Below, in pieces: positions 28,626 through 41,789 of a DNA stretch of 64,000 nucleotides. The DNA is from Octopus vulgaris. Lineage: Eukaryota. How positions within the stretch are numbered: the stretch's first letter is position 1; the number at the start of each line of letters is the position of its first letter. The notes under the pieces were generated by a model that had not been told where the DNA came from, did not search any database, and worked only from the letters and a program-made list of their open reading frames with translations. The stretch covers positions 88,784,001 to 88,848,000 of the forward strand of contig OX597825.1 of the NCBI GenBank assembly GCA_951406725.2, given 5' to 3'. Position numbers and translations under genes: made by a program.

Positions 28626-29685
28626 TAGGGCGTTTCAGCTAAATCTGACAGTTTTCATAAAAGAAACAGAAATCACATCCAAAAATCAAAGTATTTTTTT
28701 CAAAAATCAATAAATATCGATTAGATTCTGGCTGGGCGATAACAGTTAACTCAAAGTAGCAGTCCTCAGCTCCGACTACACCTAAAGGCGGCTCCAAGAG
28801 GGCTACGGCATACGTTCCTCGCTGTGTCCCTTGGAAGATCTTTCAACACCTTAAACTTGGCAGCTAACTTGACCTTGAAGTTGCAAGCAAAGCAGTTTGT
28901 GCCTTTCTCAACCGCGAACCTCACGAATAATAATCCATGGATCCCAATAAGGGAATGTTGAAGGCCAGAAATTGGAGCTGGTGAAATTGTAGAAATTGTC
29001 TGACAACCATATTTGACTCTTTCCAGAGATATGTCAAGGTGAAGGACCCTGCTGTCAAACACATGACCTTCAATCAGCAACCCTCTTCGGAGTTTAACTA
29101 CAGTCTCCAGAAGCTTTAGATAGCCGTCAGAACTGAGCCTAAGGATCTGTTCAGATGTGAGGGGCGGCCTTGCGTCACCCTCTCTAAAAACACTCCCAAA
29201 GCCCAGAACAGTTTGGTCATACTCGGTTTTTATTATACGCTGGATATGGATTGTAGGCAACTTGTCCTTTGCACATCCTGTAAGAGTGGAAGCCTAGGTC
29301 GACCTTCCGAGTCAGCTTCATAGTGGCGACTCCAACACCCATCTCTCTTGCCAAAGTCCGGAAGCTATTGCTCGGATCTTCCATCATCCTGTCCTGGAGT
29401 TGCTGGTCGTGGCACCGTATTCTCTGTTGCAGATGTCCCTGTCATCTCTTACAGCCATTACAGTATTCCCAGACCATTGTGCAGCAACCAGGATGTCAGC
29501 ATTTTGACACATGGTGCGTACCATTATGTTACTGATACCTGTTTCCCAGTCTCCTAAACTTTTCTCAACTACAACTGTAATCTTTATTATGCTTTCCAAC
29601 GCCGTTGTCTGCTCACCAAGTGCATCCAACTGTTCTAGAAAACAAAGAGACATGAAATCTCATCAAATTTAGCCCGCACACCCTG
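28626..29685 (-). mobile_element. Decayed maT-like Tc1/mariner transposon with both TIRs
   Basis: TA-TAGGGCGTTTCAGCTAAATCTGA at left versus rc TA-CAGGGTGTGCGGGCTAAATTTGA at right; interrupted transposase-like text (GDARPP..LRLSSDGYLKLLETVVK). Confidence 0.7.
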
Positions 29686-29883
29686 TATGTGTGTGTGTGT
29701 GTGTGTGCATGTGTGTGCGTATGTGTATATGTGCGTGTGTGCGTATGTGTCTATGTGTGTGTTTCTCTGGTTGTGTATTGGGGTTAATAAGACTAACAAT
29801 CAATCAGGTTAAATGTTATCAGTGTGATGCTTGTTCTTTGGGTCTGTGAAATTAATAAAGGTGCGAATATATAACATTGTTAT

Positions 29884-30100
29884 GGCGGTGAGATGGAAGA
29901 ATGGTTAGCACACCAAGTTATAGACTTAGCGGCATTTCGTCCGTCTTTACGTTCTGAGTTCAAATTCTGTCGATGTTGACTTTGCCTTCCTTTCTTTCGG
30001 GGTCGATAAAATAAGTAGCAGTCGATTACTGGGATCGATGGAATCGATTCACGACCACCACCACCGAAATTACTTGCCATATGCCAAAATTTGAAATAAG
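29884..30100 (+). mobile_element. tRNA-derived SINE
   Basis: GGCGGTGAGATGG..CGTTCTGAGTTCAAATT..GGGTCGATAAAATAAGTA. Confidence 0.85.
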
Positions 30101-30139
30101 ATAGTTTTTATATACAAACTACAGGATATATATTTTTTT

Positions 30140-30360
30140 ACTAAACATGGGGGCTAAACATAGAGGGGACAAACAAGGACAGAGAAAGGGATTAAGTCGA
30201 TTACATCGATCCCAGTGCGAAACTGGTACTCAATTTATCGACCCGAAAGGATGAAAGGCAAAGTCGACCTCGGCGGAATTTGAACTCAGAACGTAACGAC
30301 AGACGAAATACCGCTAAGAATTTCGCCCGGCGCGCTAACGTGTCCGCCAGCTCGCCGCCT
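30140..30360 (-). mobile_element. Full-length tRNA-derived SINE with degenerate ~19 bp target-site duplication
   Basis: Reverse complement of the 54628 family; flanks ATACAAACTACAGGATATA and ATACAGACTCCAGGATATA. Confidence 0.9.
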
Positions 30361-31361
30361 TTCATACAGACTCCAGGATATATTTAATTGTCGTTCGGTT
30401 GGTAAAACATAAACATGGATAAATAATGAAACTTATTCATTTTGGAATAGAATTTGCTATCATTTTACATCCTCGGTTCTTGTCTAATCAAGCTCAGAAG
30501 ACTGAGCGGCAATGTCAACCTCAGTATCATGCTAATTACAAAATATTTTGTCTCCTATTACATATAGTGCATGCGTATGTGTGTGTATGTATGTGTATGT
30601 GTATCTGTGTTTGTGTCTCTGTCTGTGTGTGTGTGAGTATGTGTGTATTGACCAGTATTTAAAAATATAGAATTACAGGAGTGTAAAAGTGCTAAGCCAC
30701 GAGACACCTGCCACTTGCAAACGCGTATATTTCAAACGAAATGTCATAAAAAGACAAAAAAAGAAACACCAACGGTGACGGAATAATTATCTCGTTTTAT
30801 ACTTAAATTACGATTAAAGCAAAAAAATTTGCTGAGATCAAAAAGTGTCTATCACTTTGATTATTCAATTTCCCATAACCCATCCTAGGTGTTTGAATCA
30901 ATCTCTAAACAGAAGAAATTCTATAGAAAACCAAAATGATGTAACTAATGTTCTTTTTTTTTTTAAATAGATTTCTCGGACATCTTTCATTCTATTTAAC
31001 CTCTTCATTTCCTACTTTGATACAATCAGCTTTTCGGAAAACTTGTTACTGGAATGTTTAATGAGTCATACGCTCATTAAGAATTTTTTCAGACGTCTCG
31101 GCTTTTCCAATTAATCGAAACTTGATTACTTTTCTCGATTGTAAAATTCTTTAATAAGTTTGATTTTTCCGGGCAATTGACCTTAAAACTTCCCTATTTT
31201 CAGAATTTTAATTGAAGATAATTGTAATATATTGAATTATATCTAAATTATATTTTAGGAATGAATTTCTATTTATATGTGTGTGCAGGCGTCTATCTAT
31301 GTATCTAGTTGTGTGTGTATGTGTGTGTGTGTTTGTGTATTACTACATGTATGTATCTATG

Positions 31362-31464
<103 letters not shown>

Positions 31465-31465
31465 T

Positions 31466-32190
31466 TAGGGGTTGGATAAAATAATGGAAACATCTTAAAA
31501 CTTCAAACAAATTTATTTTAATATGTGGTAGGACCACCTTTGGCAGTAATTGCAGCTTGAATTCTACGAGGTATGGACTAGTACAAAGTTTGAATTGTTC
31601 CCTAAGTAATTTTTGTCCAATCTTCAGCTAAAACCTGAAGCATTGCGTTTCCCTCCGGAAACAGTTCCACAAAGATAGGATGAATTTGGTCAGATAAAAT
31701 GCTTAAACAGTCTTGACTATTAATTCTGCCATGAAGATATAGCCGCCCAGATCATCACAGATCCTCCTCCATATTTAACAGTCGGAAATGCTTCTTTTGG
31801 CTGTCTCCACACGTGAACTTGGCCGGTGGTCGGAAATAAGGTAAAGGATAACTCGTCCGAGAAGATAACATTCTTCCACTGCTCTATGGATCAATTCTGT
31901 AGGTTTTTACTCCACTCTAAACGTTTTGCAACATTTGTTCTTGAAAATAGTGATTTTCTGATTGCAGCTTTCCTGTGAAATCGAACTTTGTGCAGCACCT
32001 GGCGAACGGTTTTTGAGGAAACTGGATTCTCGAGGTGGTCATTAAACTCTGCAGTTATTTTGCGAGCTGTACTTTTGTCTCTATCTGAAAGGTTTGGTTT
32101 TCTTTCGGAGTTTTGTTTCGACGAGGAGGTTTTTCCCTCTTTCTCAAAGGTTGTCATTACTTTCGAGAAAGTACTTCATGATAAATAAAT
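31466..32190 (-). mobile_element. Internally deleted Tc1-like transposon remnant (copy 1)
   Basis: TIR-like TAGGGGTTGGATAAAATAATGGAAAC; ORF VSSKTVRQVLHKVRFHRKAAIRKSLFS..KRLEW followed by IFSDE. Confidence 0.85.
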
Positions 32191-32367
32191 TTATATCATG
32201 ACTTTTATAATTTGTATTCTTATCTTATATCTATTGGATTATAAGATATATATGTATGCTATTGATGTTCTCATTTTGTTAAATGAATAAATAATCCAAC
32301 ATTCTAATATCCGAAAGTTGATGAACAAACTAAATTTGTTTCTCCATTTTCTAATTTGTATTATATA

Positions 32368-33194
<827 letters not shown>

Positions 33195-33371
33195 TTATAT
33201 CATGACTTTTATAATTTGTATTCTTATCTTATATCTATTGGATTATAAGATATATATGTATGCTATTGATGTTCTCATTTTGTTAAATGAATAAATAATC
33301 CAACATTCTAATATCCGAAAGTTGATGAACAAACTAAATTTGTTTCTCCATTTTCTAATTTGTATTATATA

Positions 33372-33472
<101 letters not shown>

Positions 33473-33476
33473 GTAA

Positions 33477-33517
<41 letters not shown>

Positions 33518-33898
33518 CAGCTTCTGTTAGCCAAATTATTGTACTGCCAGAAGCGGCTGACAAATTAAAAACCAATTGCCTGATCCACCTCGCAGTCAGA
33601 TTGAACTCAGAAAAATAGAGTTCCGAAGCGAATTCCTTCAGACGACTACTACGCGTTGGTCATGCACGATATAAGAGATCGATTCTGTATTAAAACGTAT
33701 GGTGGATCTTCAAAGGGAAATAGTATTTGTTTGATTAAGGGAAAGAATGTGGAGTGATGATGGGTGTGACGGAAGACGAAGGGGACAATGGAGCATCGTC
33801 AGGTTTATACACACCACACACCCACACACACATATATGTACGTGTGACAGAGTATGCATATATATATATATGTGTGTGTGTGTATGTGTGTTATAGTG

Positions 33899-33955
<57 letters not shown>

Positions 33956-33970
33956 ATGTGTGTTATAGTG

Positions 33971-34077
<107 letters not shown>

Positions 34078-35680
34078 GTGTGTATATATATCATGACAGT
34101 GTGATACATATAAGACATAGATTCCATTGTGTAAGAATGAAGGATTTACGAAATTATTACTTAGAATAAACAATAATTGATAATTTCAGACTATTGATAA
34201 TTTATCAGTAGTTCAAAAGAAATGATTGTATGTCGAATTACCTCATATTCACTTGGCTAGAAATAACAGCAAAATATCTCTCACATATTTCCATCTTCAG
34301 AAGAAAGGACTTATTGAATAACAGCGTTTTAGCTCTCTCTCTCTCTCTCTCTATTTCTCTTTCTCATTCTCTTTCTCTCTCTTCTTATATACATTAAGTA
34401 TGTAAATGTGTAAGAATGAATATTTGTATACATGAATATACCATATTTGAGTAAAAGCATAGGATGACGGTGAGGATGATGATGCCTGGCTTGTAAGCTT
34501 CTACATAAGTATGAATACTAACAAAATCTTTACAGAATTTCACTCCCACAATGATAATGAAAATCATTATAATGAACCAGAGATTATCAATCTTTTATGG
34601 ATCTTTGAAGTATTAACAAAGAATTACGGGGGAGGGAAGCATGGTTTGTGAAGATGCTAATAGCAGCTGCGATATTCTTTCTTCCTTTATGACGTTTGTT
34701 TATACTGTTTAATCTGTTGACTGGTTCCTTGGTTTGGTTTCTCGGATACTTAATACCATCACAGACAATCTCTGGATTGATTTTATAATATAAACACAAT
34801 AAATACTCGTTGATGAGAGGTTAAATAAACATTTAGAATAACATACATCGCTTCTAGTGAATACATACCACTTCCCTCCGAATTGAATTTATTGAAGTTT
34901 GTTAGCCATTTACAAACGTATCTACGTAAGGTCGTATCGTAGCGTATTTCAGAGGAAGCGTGATAAAAATATGCAAACACCTTATATTTCTTTAAACAAT
35001 ATGTAATTTCCATAGAGACTGGAAACCTGTGTAGGAATGTACAACAATATACACCAAACAAAGTAGCCCAGATGATATAGCTATGTAGAATATCCAGTTG
35101 AATCCCGAACAATCACTCATCACAATTCATCTATCATAAACAATTAAACCTTATACTGTTGCTTGCCCACAGAGATTACTTGAGCCCTGTCTCCGAACAA
35201 GGAATTAAGATCCTCACTAAACAACGACATACTTCCATTTATTTGTTTCACAAAATAAATGCCATTTTAAAGATACCCGAATACAAGAGGTTCTACGGAC
35301 GATAAATTCACTGGATTTCACTCATTTTCATTTACTTTTTAGGGAAAATAATTCACAGGATTTATCCATTAAGCAGCAAATCACAAATCTTCGAAAGCTT
35401 GTAAACTTATCTAAGATTCCGTTAACAGCAAGGACACAACAATACAAAGAGATGAACAATACTGCATTCTCGTCGCTGAAATTGACTATTTGCATCAAGA
35501 AATTCTAGACGAATGCACATTATTGGCCGACGAATCCTATACAAGCATGAATTATTCGATAAAATCGGTTGATAAATAGATTTACAAATGTGCGGTGTCA
35601 ATAGATTGAAACGTATAGTGCATGGTCAGAGAGCGTCATACACACATGCCTCCACGCACGCACACACCTTCATACACCTT

Positions 35681-35714
<34 letters not shown>

Positions 35715-36868
35715 CACACACACACGCGCGCGCGCACACACACGCACACATATATATATATGCAAATGTGGGAATGTGTGAAGTTGATGCTCCAGTAATC
35801 TCGTGTGTATAACAACTAAAATAAACAAAACAACTAAGGAGTATAAACTGTAGGTTGAATATTCTTCTCCCTCTCTCTCTGTCTATTTCCTACTCTGTAT
35901 GTATGTATATGTGTTTATGTATGTATGTATGCATGTATGTATGTGTGTATGTATGTATGTATGTATGTATGTATGTATGTATCTATCTATCTATCTATCT
36001 AAGTATATATGTATGTGTCTGTCTGTCTGAATGTCTATGTATCTATCTACCTATCTTTCTGTCTATCTGTCTATCTCTCTATAGCTCTCGCTTTATATAT
36101 GCAGTATATTGTATACCATATATGTGTATGTGTGTGCGTGCGTGTGCGTGTGCGTGTCTGTGTCGTGCTATGGAGATGTGTTTAGGCCTGCGAGGGAGAG
36201 ACAGGTTGTGTGTGTTTGTGTATAGATGCGGCGCCGATGGCAGGAAGCTTCATTGGTTGACAGGATTTTAAAAACCTAACTCCAATATCATTTTAAAAGC
36301 TCACCTTCAGTGTATTTATATGGAACACGTGAGCAAGTGAAAATGTCGGTGCTTTATGCGCGCGCGCGCGCGCGTGTGTGTATGTCGGTGCGTCCGTATA
36401 TATATATGTGTGTGAGTGCGCGTGCGCGCTCGTATATGTGTGTAAATGTGTATGCAAGTAGCCGCGTGAATGAAAGGCTTTTCTGAATATATAATTGTTA
36501 GACTGATTTCCTACAGAATAACATCTACAGGAATGTATGTTTATGTATGTGTATATATATATATATGTGTGTGTGTGCGTGTGTATATATGTATGTACGT
36601 ATATATATATATATGTATATGTATATATATATGTAAGTTTGTATGTATGTGTGTATATATATATATGTGTGTGTGTGTGTGTGCTTGTATGTATGTATAT
36701 ATCTATATGTATATATGTGTATGTATGTATGTATGTATGTATGTATGTATGTGTGTATGTTTGTGTGTGTGTATAACTAAGTAATGCGTAAATAAGAAAT
36801 CTTCATCAACAAAAGACAGACGGAAAGATTTGCAGACAAAATCTTCTGGAATAAAAAGTTTTGGCTAA

Positions 36869-36872
<4 letters not shown>

Positions 36873-36943
<71 letters not shown>

Positions 36944-36970
36944 TTGATGGCATGAACTGCTCTCTCACTC

Positions 36971-37040
<70 letters not shown>
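36873..37040. repeat. (AAT)n tract interrupted by a ~28 bp unique insert
   Basis: Insert ATTGATGGCATGAACTGCTCTCTCACTC at ~36943-36970. Confidence 0.9.
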
Positions 37041-37357
37041 TATAAGAAAACCCTACGGAGAAGCAAAACGACAAAGTTTGACGTTAAACACGATAACATT
37101 AGTTGAAACACAACACCCACTCAAATGGAAGAAAGAAAATAGTGTAGGATTGGTAAAGCGAACACAAAATAGAAAAAAGAAACTAAAGTACAAGAAGCAA
37201 AAAAAAAAGAAGCTAATATTAAATAAAAACATTATTTCAATAGGAAATATCGATCACATCTTCTTATATTCAACAACAACACAGAGATTATTAAAGCAAT
37301 GTTGAAAAATCTGTTCTTAAGTAGGCCAATCCTTTAAATATACATACAAATATAGGG

Positions 37358-37434
<77 letters not shown>

Positions 37435-37762
37435 TATACACGTATTCACATTCATATATGTGCCGGTTTACGTGTGTCTTCACGTTCTGAATACATACAG
37501 ATAACTGTATAGCTATATATATATATATATATATAATTAATCAATATAGGGTGTCAAAAAAAATTTTGTAGAATTCTTTTGCCACCAGCGGCCTAGTGGG
37601 AAAAAATTAAATAGTCATAGACCATTTTTAAGTTCAACATCAACAATCAAGGAACGGCCATAATAGGCCATTCACCCACTAGAAATAACAGCTAAAGCTT
37701 CAACTGCAAATAAAAATTAATTCCGTAAACCAGGAGAAAATTTAAAAAACATTTACCTTGTA

Positions 37763-37869
37763 ATTTCTTATACGATATACCGTTTCATCTGCTGATTAAT
37801 GGTAAACTAACCTGATTAAATTAAATCAAGCCAATCTTCCAAAGGCCCTCAGATTCTTCAGTAAGAAAT
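37763..37869 (-). ncRNA. Type I hammerhead ribozyme, minus-arm copy (further copies ~38257-38363 and ~38748-38854)
   Basis: Reverse complement of the plus-arm motif; TCTTCAG (rc of CTGAAGA) at 37855-37861; the third copy has a stem II mismatch (CTGAT for CAGAT). Confidence 0.85.
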
Positions 37870-39463
37870 AGCCCAAGTCGGAACAGATATTTTCACGAGG
37901 CAAATCCGACCTTGCCAAGGTTATATCTGACCTAAAATTTTCAAATCGTCGCACTCGCGCCAAATTTATCGGCAGCAAATAAATATAAGCCGTCGATTCC
38001 ATTACGGAATTAACCAGAAAATTCATAATTAATCAATATAGGGTGGCAAAAAAAAATTTTGTAGAATTCTTTTGCCACCAGCGGCCTAGTGGGAAAAAAA
38101 TTAAATAGTCATAGACCATTTTTAAGTTCAACATCAACAATCAAGGAACGGCCATAATAGGCCATTCACCCACTAGAAATAACAGCTAAAGCTTCAACCG
38201 CAAATAAAAATTAATTCCGTAAACCAGGAGAAAATTTAAAAAACATTTACCTTGTAATTTCTTATACGATATACCGTTTCATCTGCTGATTAATGGTAAA
38301 CTAACCTGATTAAATTAAATCAAGCCAATCTTCCAAAGGCCCTCAGATTCTTCAGTAAGAAATAGCCCAAGTCGGAACAGATATTTTCACGAAGCAAATC
38401 CGACCTTGCCAAGGTTATATCTGACCTAAAATTTTCAAATCGTCGCACTCGCGCCGAATTTATCGGCAGCAAATAAATATAAGCCGTCGATTCCATTACG
38501 GAATTAACCAGAAAATTCATAATTAACCAATATAGGGTGGCAAAAAAATTTTGTAGAATTCTTTTGCCACCAGCGGCCTAGTGGGAAAAATTTAAATAGT
38601 CATAGACCATTTTTAAGTTCAACATCAACAATCAAGGAACGGCCATAATAGGCCATTCACCCACTAGAAATAACAGCTAAAGCTTCAACCGCAAATAAAA
38701 ATTAATTCCGTAAACCAGGAGAAAATTTAAAAAACATTTACTTTGTAATTTCTTATACGATATACCGTTTCATCAGCTGATTAATGGTAAACTAACCTGA
38801 TTAAATTAAATCAAGCCAATCTTCCAAAGGCCCTCAGATTCTTCAGTAAGAAATAGCCCAAGTGGGAACAGATATTTTCACGAGGCAAATCCGACCTTGC
38901 CAAGGTTATATCTGACCTAAAATTTTCAAATCGTCGCACTCGCGCCAAATTTATCGGCAGCAAATAAATATAAGCCGTCGATTCCATTACGGAATTAACC
39001 AGAAAATTCATAATTAATCAATATAGGGTGGCAAAAAAATTTTGTAGAAGGTAAATGTTTTTTAAATTTTCTCCTGGTTTACGGAATTAATTTTTATTTG
39101 CGGTTGAAGCTTTAGCTGTTATTTCTAGTGGGTGAATGGCCTATTATGGCCGTTCCTTGATTGTTGATGTTGAACTTAAAAATGAACTTAAGAAATAACA
39201 GCTAAAGCTTCAACCGCAAATAAAAATTAATTCCGTACACCAGGAGAAAATTTAAAAAACATTTACCTTCTACAAAATTTTTTTTGCCACCCTATATTGA
39301 TTAATTATGAATTTTCTGGTTAATTCCGTAATGGAATCGACGGCTTATATTTATTTGCTGCCGATAAATTTGGCGCGAGTGCGACGATTTGAAAATTTTA
39401 GGTCAGATATAACCTTGGCAAGGTCGGATTTGCCTCGTGAAAATATCCGTTCCGACTTGGGCT

Positions 39464-39570
39464 ATTTCTTACTGAAGAATCTGAGGGCCTTTGGAAGATT
39501 GGCTTGATTTAATTTAATCAGGTTAGTTTACCATTAATCAGCAGATGAAACGGTATATCGTATAAGAAAT
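39464..39570 (+). ncRNA. Type I hammerhead ribozyme with extended stem II; predicted GUA cleavage after 39562
   Basis: ATTTCTTA-CTGAAGA-ATCTG..(hairpin)..CAGAT-GAAA-CGGTATATCG-TA-TAAGAAAT: 8 bp stem I, 5 bp proximal stem II, ACGG/TCGT stem III. Confidence 0.9.
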
Positions 39571-39957
39571 TACAAGGTAAATGTTTTTTTTAATTTTCTC
39601 CTGGTTTACGGAATTAATTTTTATTTGCGGTTGAAGCTTTAGCTGTTATTTCTAGTGGGTGAATGGCCTATTATGGCCGTTCCTTGATTGTTGATGTTGA
39701 ACTTAAAAATGGTCTATGACTATTTAATTTTTTTCCCACTAGGCCGCTGGTGGCAAAAGAATTCTACAAAATTTTTTTTGCCACCCTATATTGATTAATT
39801 ATGAATTTTCTGGTTAATTCCGTAATGGAATCGACGGCTTATATTTATTTGCTGCCGATAAATTTGGCGCGAGTGCGACGATTTGAAAATTTTAGGTCAG
39901 ATATAACCTTGGCAAGGTCGGATTTGCCTCGTGAAAATATCTGTTCCCACTTGGGCT

Positions 39958-40064
39958 ATTTCTTACTGAAGAATCTGAGGGCCTTTGGAAGATTGGCTTG
40001 ATTTAATTTAATCAGGTTAGTTTACCATTAATCAGCAGATGAAACGGTATATCGTATAAGAAAT
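39958..40064 (+). ncRNA. Type I hammerhead ribozyme, array copy
   Basis: CTGAAGA at 39966; same fold. Confidence 0.9.
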
Positions 40065-40447
40065 TACAAGGTAAATGTTTTTTAAATTTTCTCCTGGTTT
40101 ACGGAATTAATTTTTATTTGCGGTTGAAGCTTTAGCTGTTATTTCTAGTGGGTGAATGGCCTATTATGGCCGTTCCTTGATTGTTGATGTTGAACTTAAA
40201 AATGGTCTATGACTATTTAATTTTTTCCCACTAGGCCGCTGGTGGCAAAAGAATTCTACAAAATTTTTTGCCACCCTATATTGATTAATTATGAATTTTC
40301 TGGTTAATTCCGTAATGGAATCGACGGCTTATATTTATTTGCTGCCGATAAATTTGGCGCGAGTGCGACGATTTGAAAATTTTAGGTCAGATATAACCTT
40401 GGCAAGGTCGGATTTGCCTCGTGAAAATATCTGTTCCGACTTGGGCT

Positions 40448-40554
40448 ATTTCTTACTGAAGAATCTGAGGGCCTTTGGAAGATTGGCTTGATTTAATTTA
40501 ATCAGGTTAGTTTACCATTAATCAGCAGATGAAACGGTATATCGTATAAGAAAT
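40448..40554 (+). ncRNA. Type I hammerhead ribozyme, array copy
   Basis: CTGAAGA at 40456; same fold. Confidence 0.9.
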
Positions 40555-40939
40555 TACAAGGTAAATGTTTTTTAAATTTTCTCCTGGTTTACGGAATTAA
40601 TTTTTATTTGCGGTTGAAGCTTTAGCTGTTATTTCTAGTGGGTGAATGGCCTATTATGGCCGTTCCTTGATTGTTGATGTTGAACTTAAAAATGGTCTAT
40701 GACTATTTAATTTTTTCCCACTAGGCCGCTGGTGGCAAAAGAATTCTACAAAATTTTTTTTGCCACCCTATATTGATTAATTATGAATTTTCTGGTTAAT
40801 TCCGTAATGGAATCGACGGCTTATATTTATTTGCTGCCGATAAATTTGGCGCGAGTGCGACGATTTGAAAATTTTAGGTCAGATATAACCTTGGCAAGGT
40901 CGGATTTGCCTCGTGAAAATATCCGTTCCGACTTGGGCT

Positions 40940-41046
40940 ATTTCTTACTGAAGAATCTGAGGGCCTTTGGAAGATTGGCTTGATTTAATTTAATCAGGTT
41001 AGTTTACCATTAATCAGCAGATGAAACGGTATATCGTATAAGAAAT
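40940..41046 (+). ncRNA. Type I hammerhead ribozyme, array copy
   Basis: CTGAAGA at 40948; same fold. Confidence 0.9.
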
Positions 41047-41431
41047 TACAAGGTAAATGTTTTTTTTAATTTTCTCCTGGTTTACGGAATTAATTTTTAT
41101 TTGCGGTTGAAGCTTTAGCTGTTATTTCTAGTGGGTGAATGGCCTATTATGGCCGTTCCTTGATTGTTGATGTTGAACTTAAAAATGGTCTATGACTATT
41201 TAATTTTTTCCCACTAGGCCGCTGGTGGCAAAAGAATTCTACAAAATTTTTTTGCCACCCTATATTGATTAATTATGAATTTTCTGGTTAATTCCGTAAT
41301 GGAATCGACGGCTTATATTTATTTGCTGCCGATAAATTTGGCGCGAGTGCGACGATTTGAAAATTTTAGGTCAGATATAACCTTGGCAAGGTCGGATTTG
41401 CCTCGTGAAAATATCTGTTCCCACTTGGGCT

Positions 41432-41538
41432 ATTTCTTACTGAAGAATCTGAGGGCCTTTGGAAGATTGGCTTGATTTAATTTAATCAGGTTAGTTTACC
41501 ATTAATCAGCAGATGAAACGGTATATCGTATGAGAAAT
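41432..41538 (+). ncRNA. Type I hammerhead ribozyme, array copy
   Basis: CTGAAGA at 41440; the stem I 3' strand TGAGAAAT retains pairing through a G-U wobble. Confidence 0.88.
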
Positions 41539-41658
41539 TACAAGGTAAATGTTTTTTAAATTTTCTCCTGGTTTACGGAATTAATTTTTATTTGCGGTTG
41601 AAGCTTTAGCTGTTATTTCTAGTGGGTGAATGGCCTATTATGGCCGTTCCTTGATTGT

Positions 41659-41732
<74 letters not shown>

Positions 41733-41789
41733 TCCAGTTTCAGCTCAGAGCTGCGACCATGCTGATGAACCGCCGTTTTGTGCTTCACT

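Larger units (their letters stand above)
37535..41661. mobile_element. Tandem array of ~490-494 bp hammerhead-containing units (retrozyme-like): 3 copies on minus, 5 on plus, palindromic centre, flanked by (TA)n
   Basis: Same 66 aa ORF recurs at 38026, 38520, 39011 (-) and 39307, 39801, 40291, 40783, 41275 (+); each copy has a complete hammerhead fold. Confidence 0.85.

Noticed and set aside
37535-38030. Second ribozyme on the opposite strand of the unit (ambisense viroid-like)
   Set aside because: Only CTGATTAA and CTGACCTA were found, not CUGANGA with matching stems; other ribozyme classes were not excluded computationally
37535-41661. Array as CRISPR or as a tandem protein-coding gene family
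   Set aside because: No short repeat with unique spacers and no cas genes; units are near-identical over their whole length and the ORF has no domain signal
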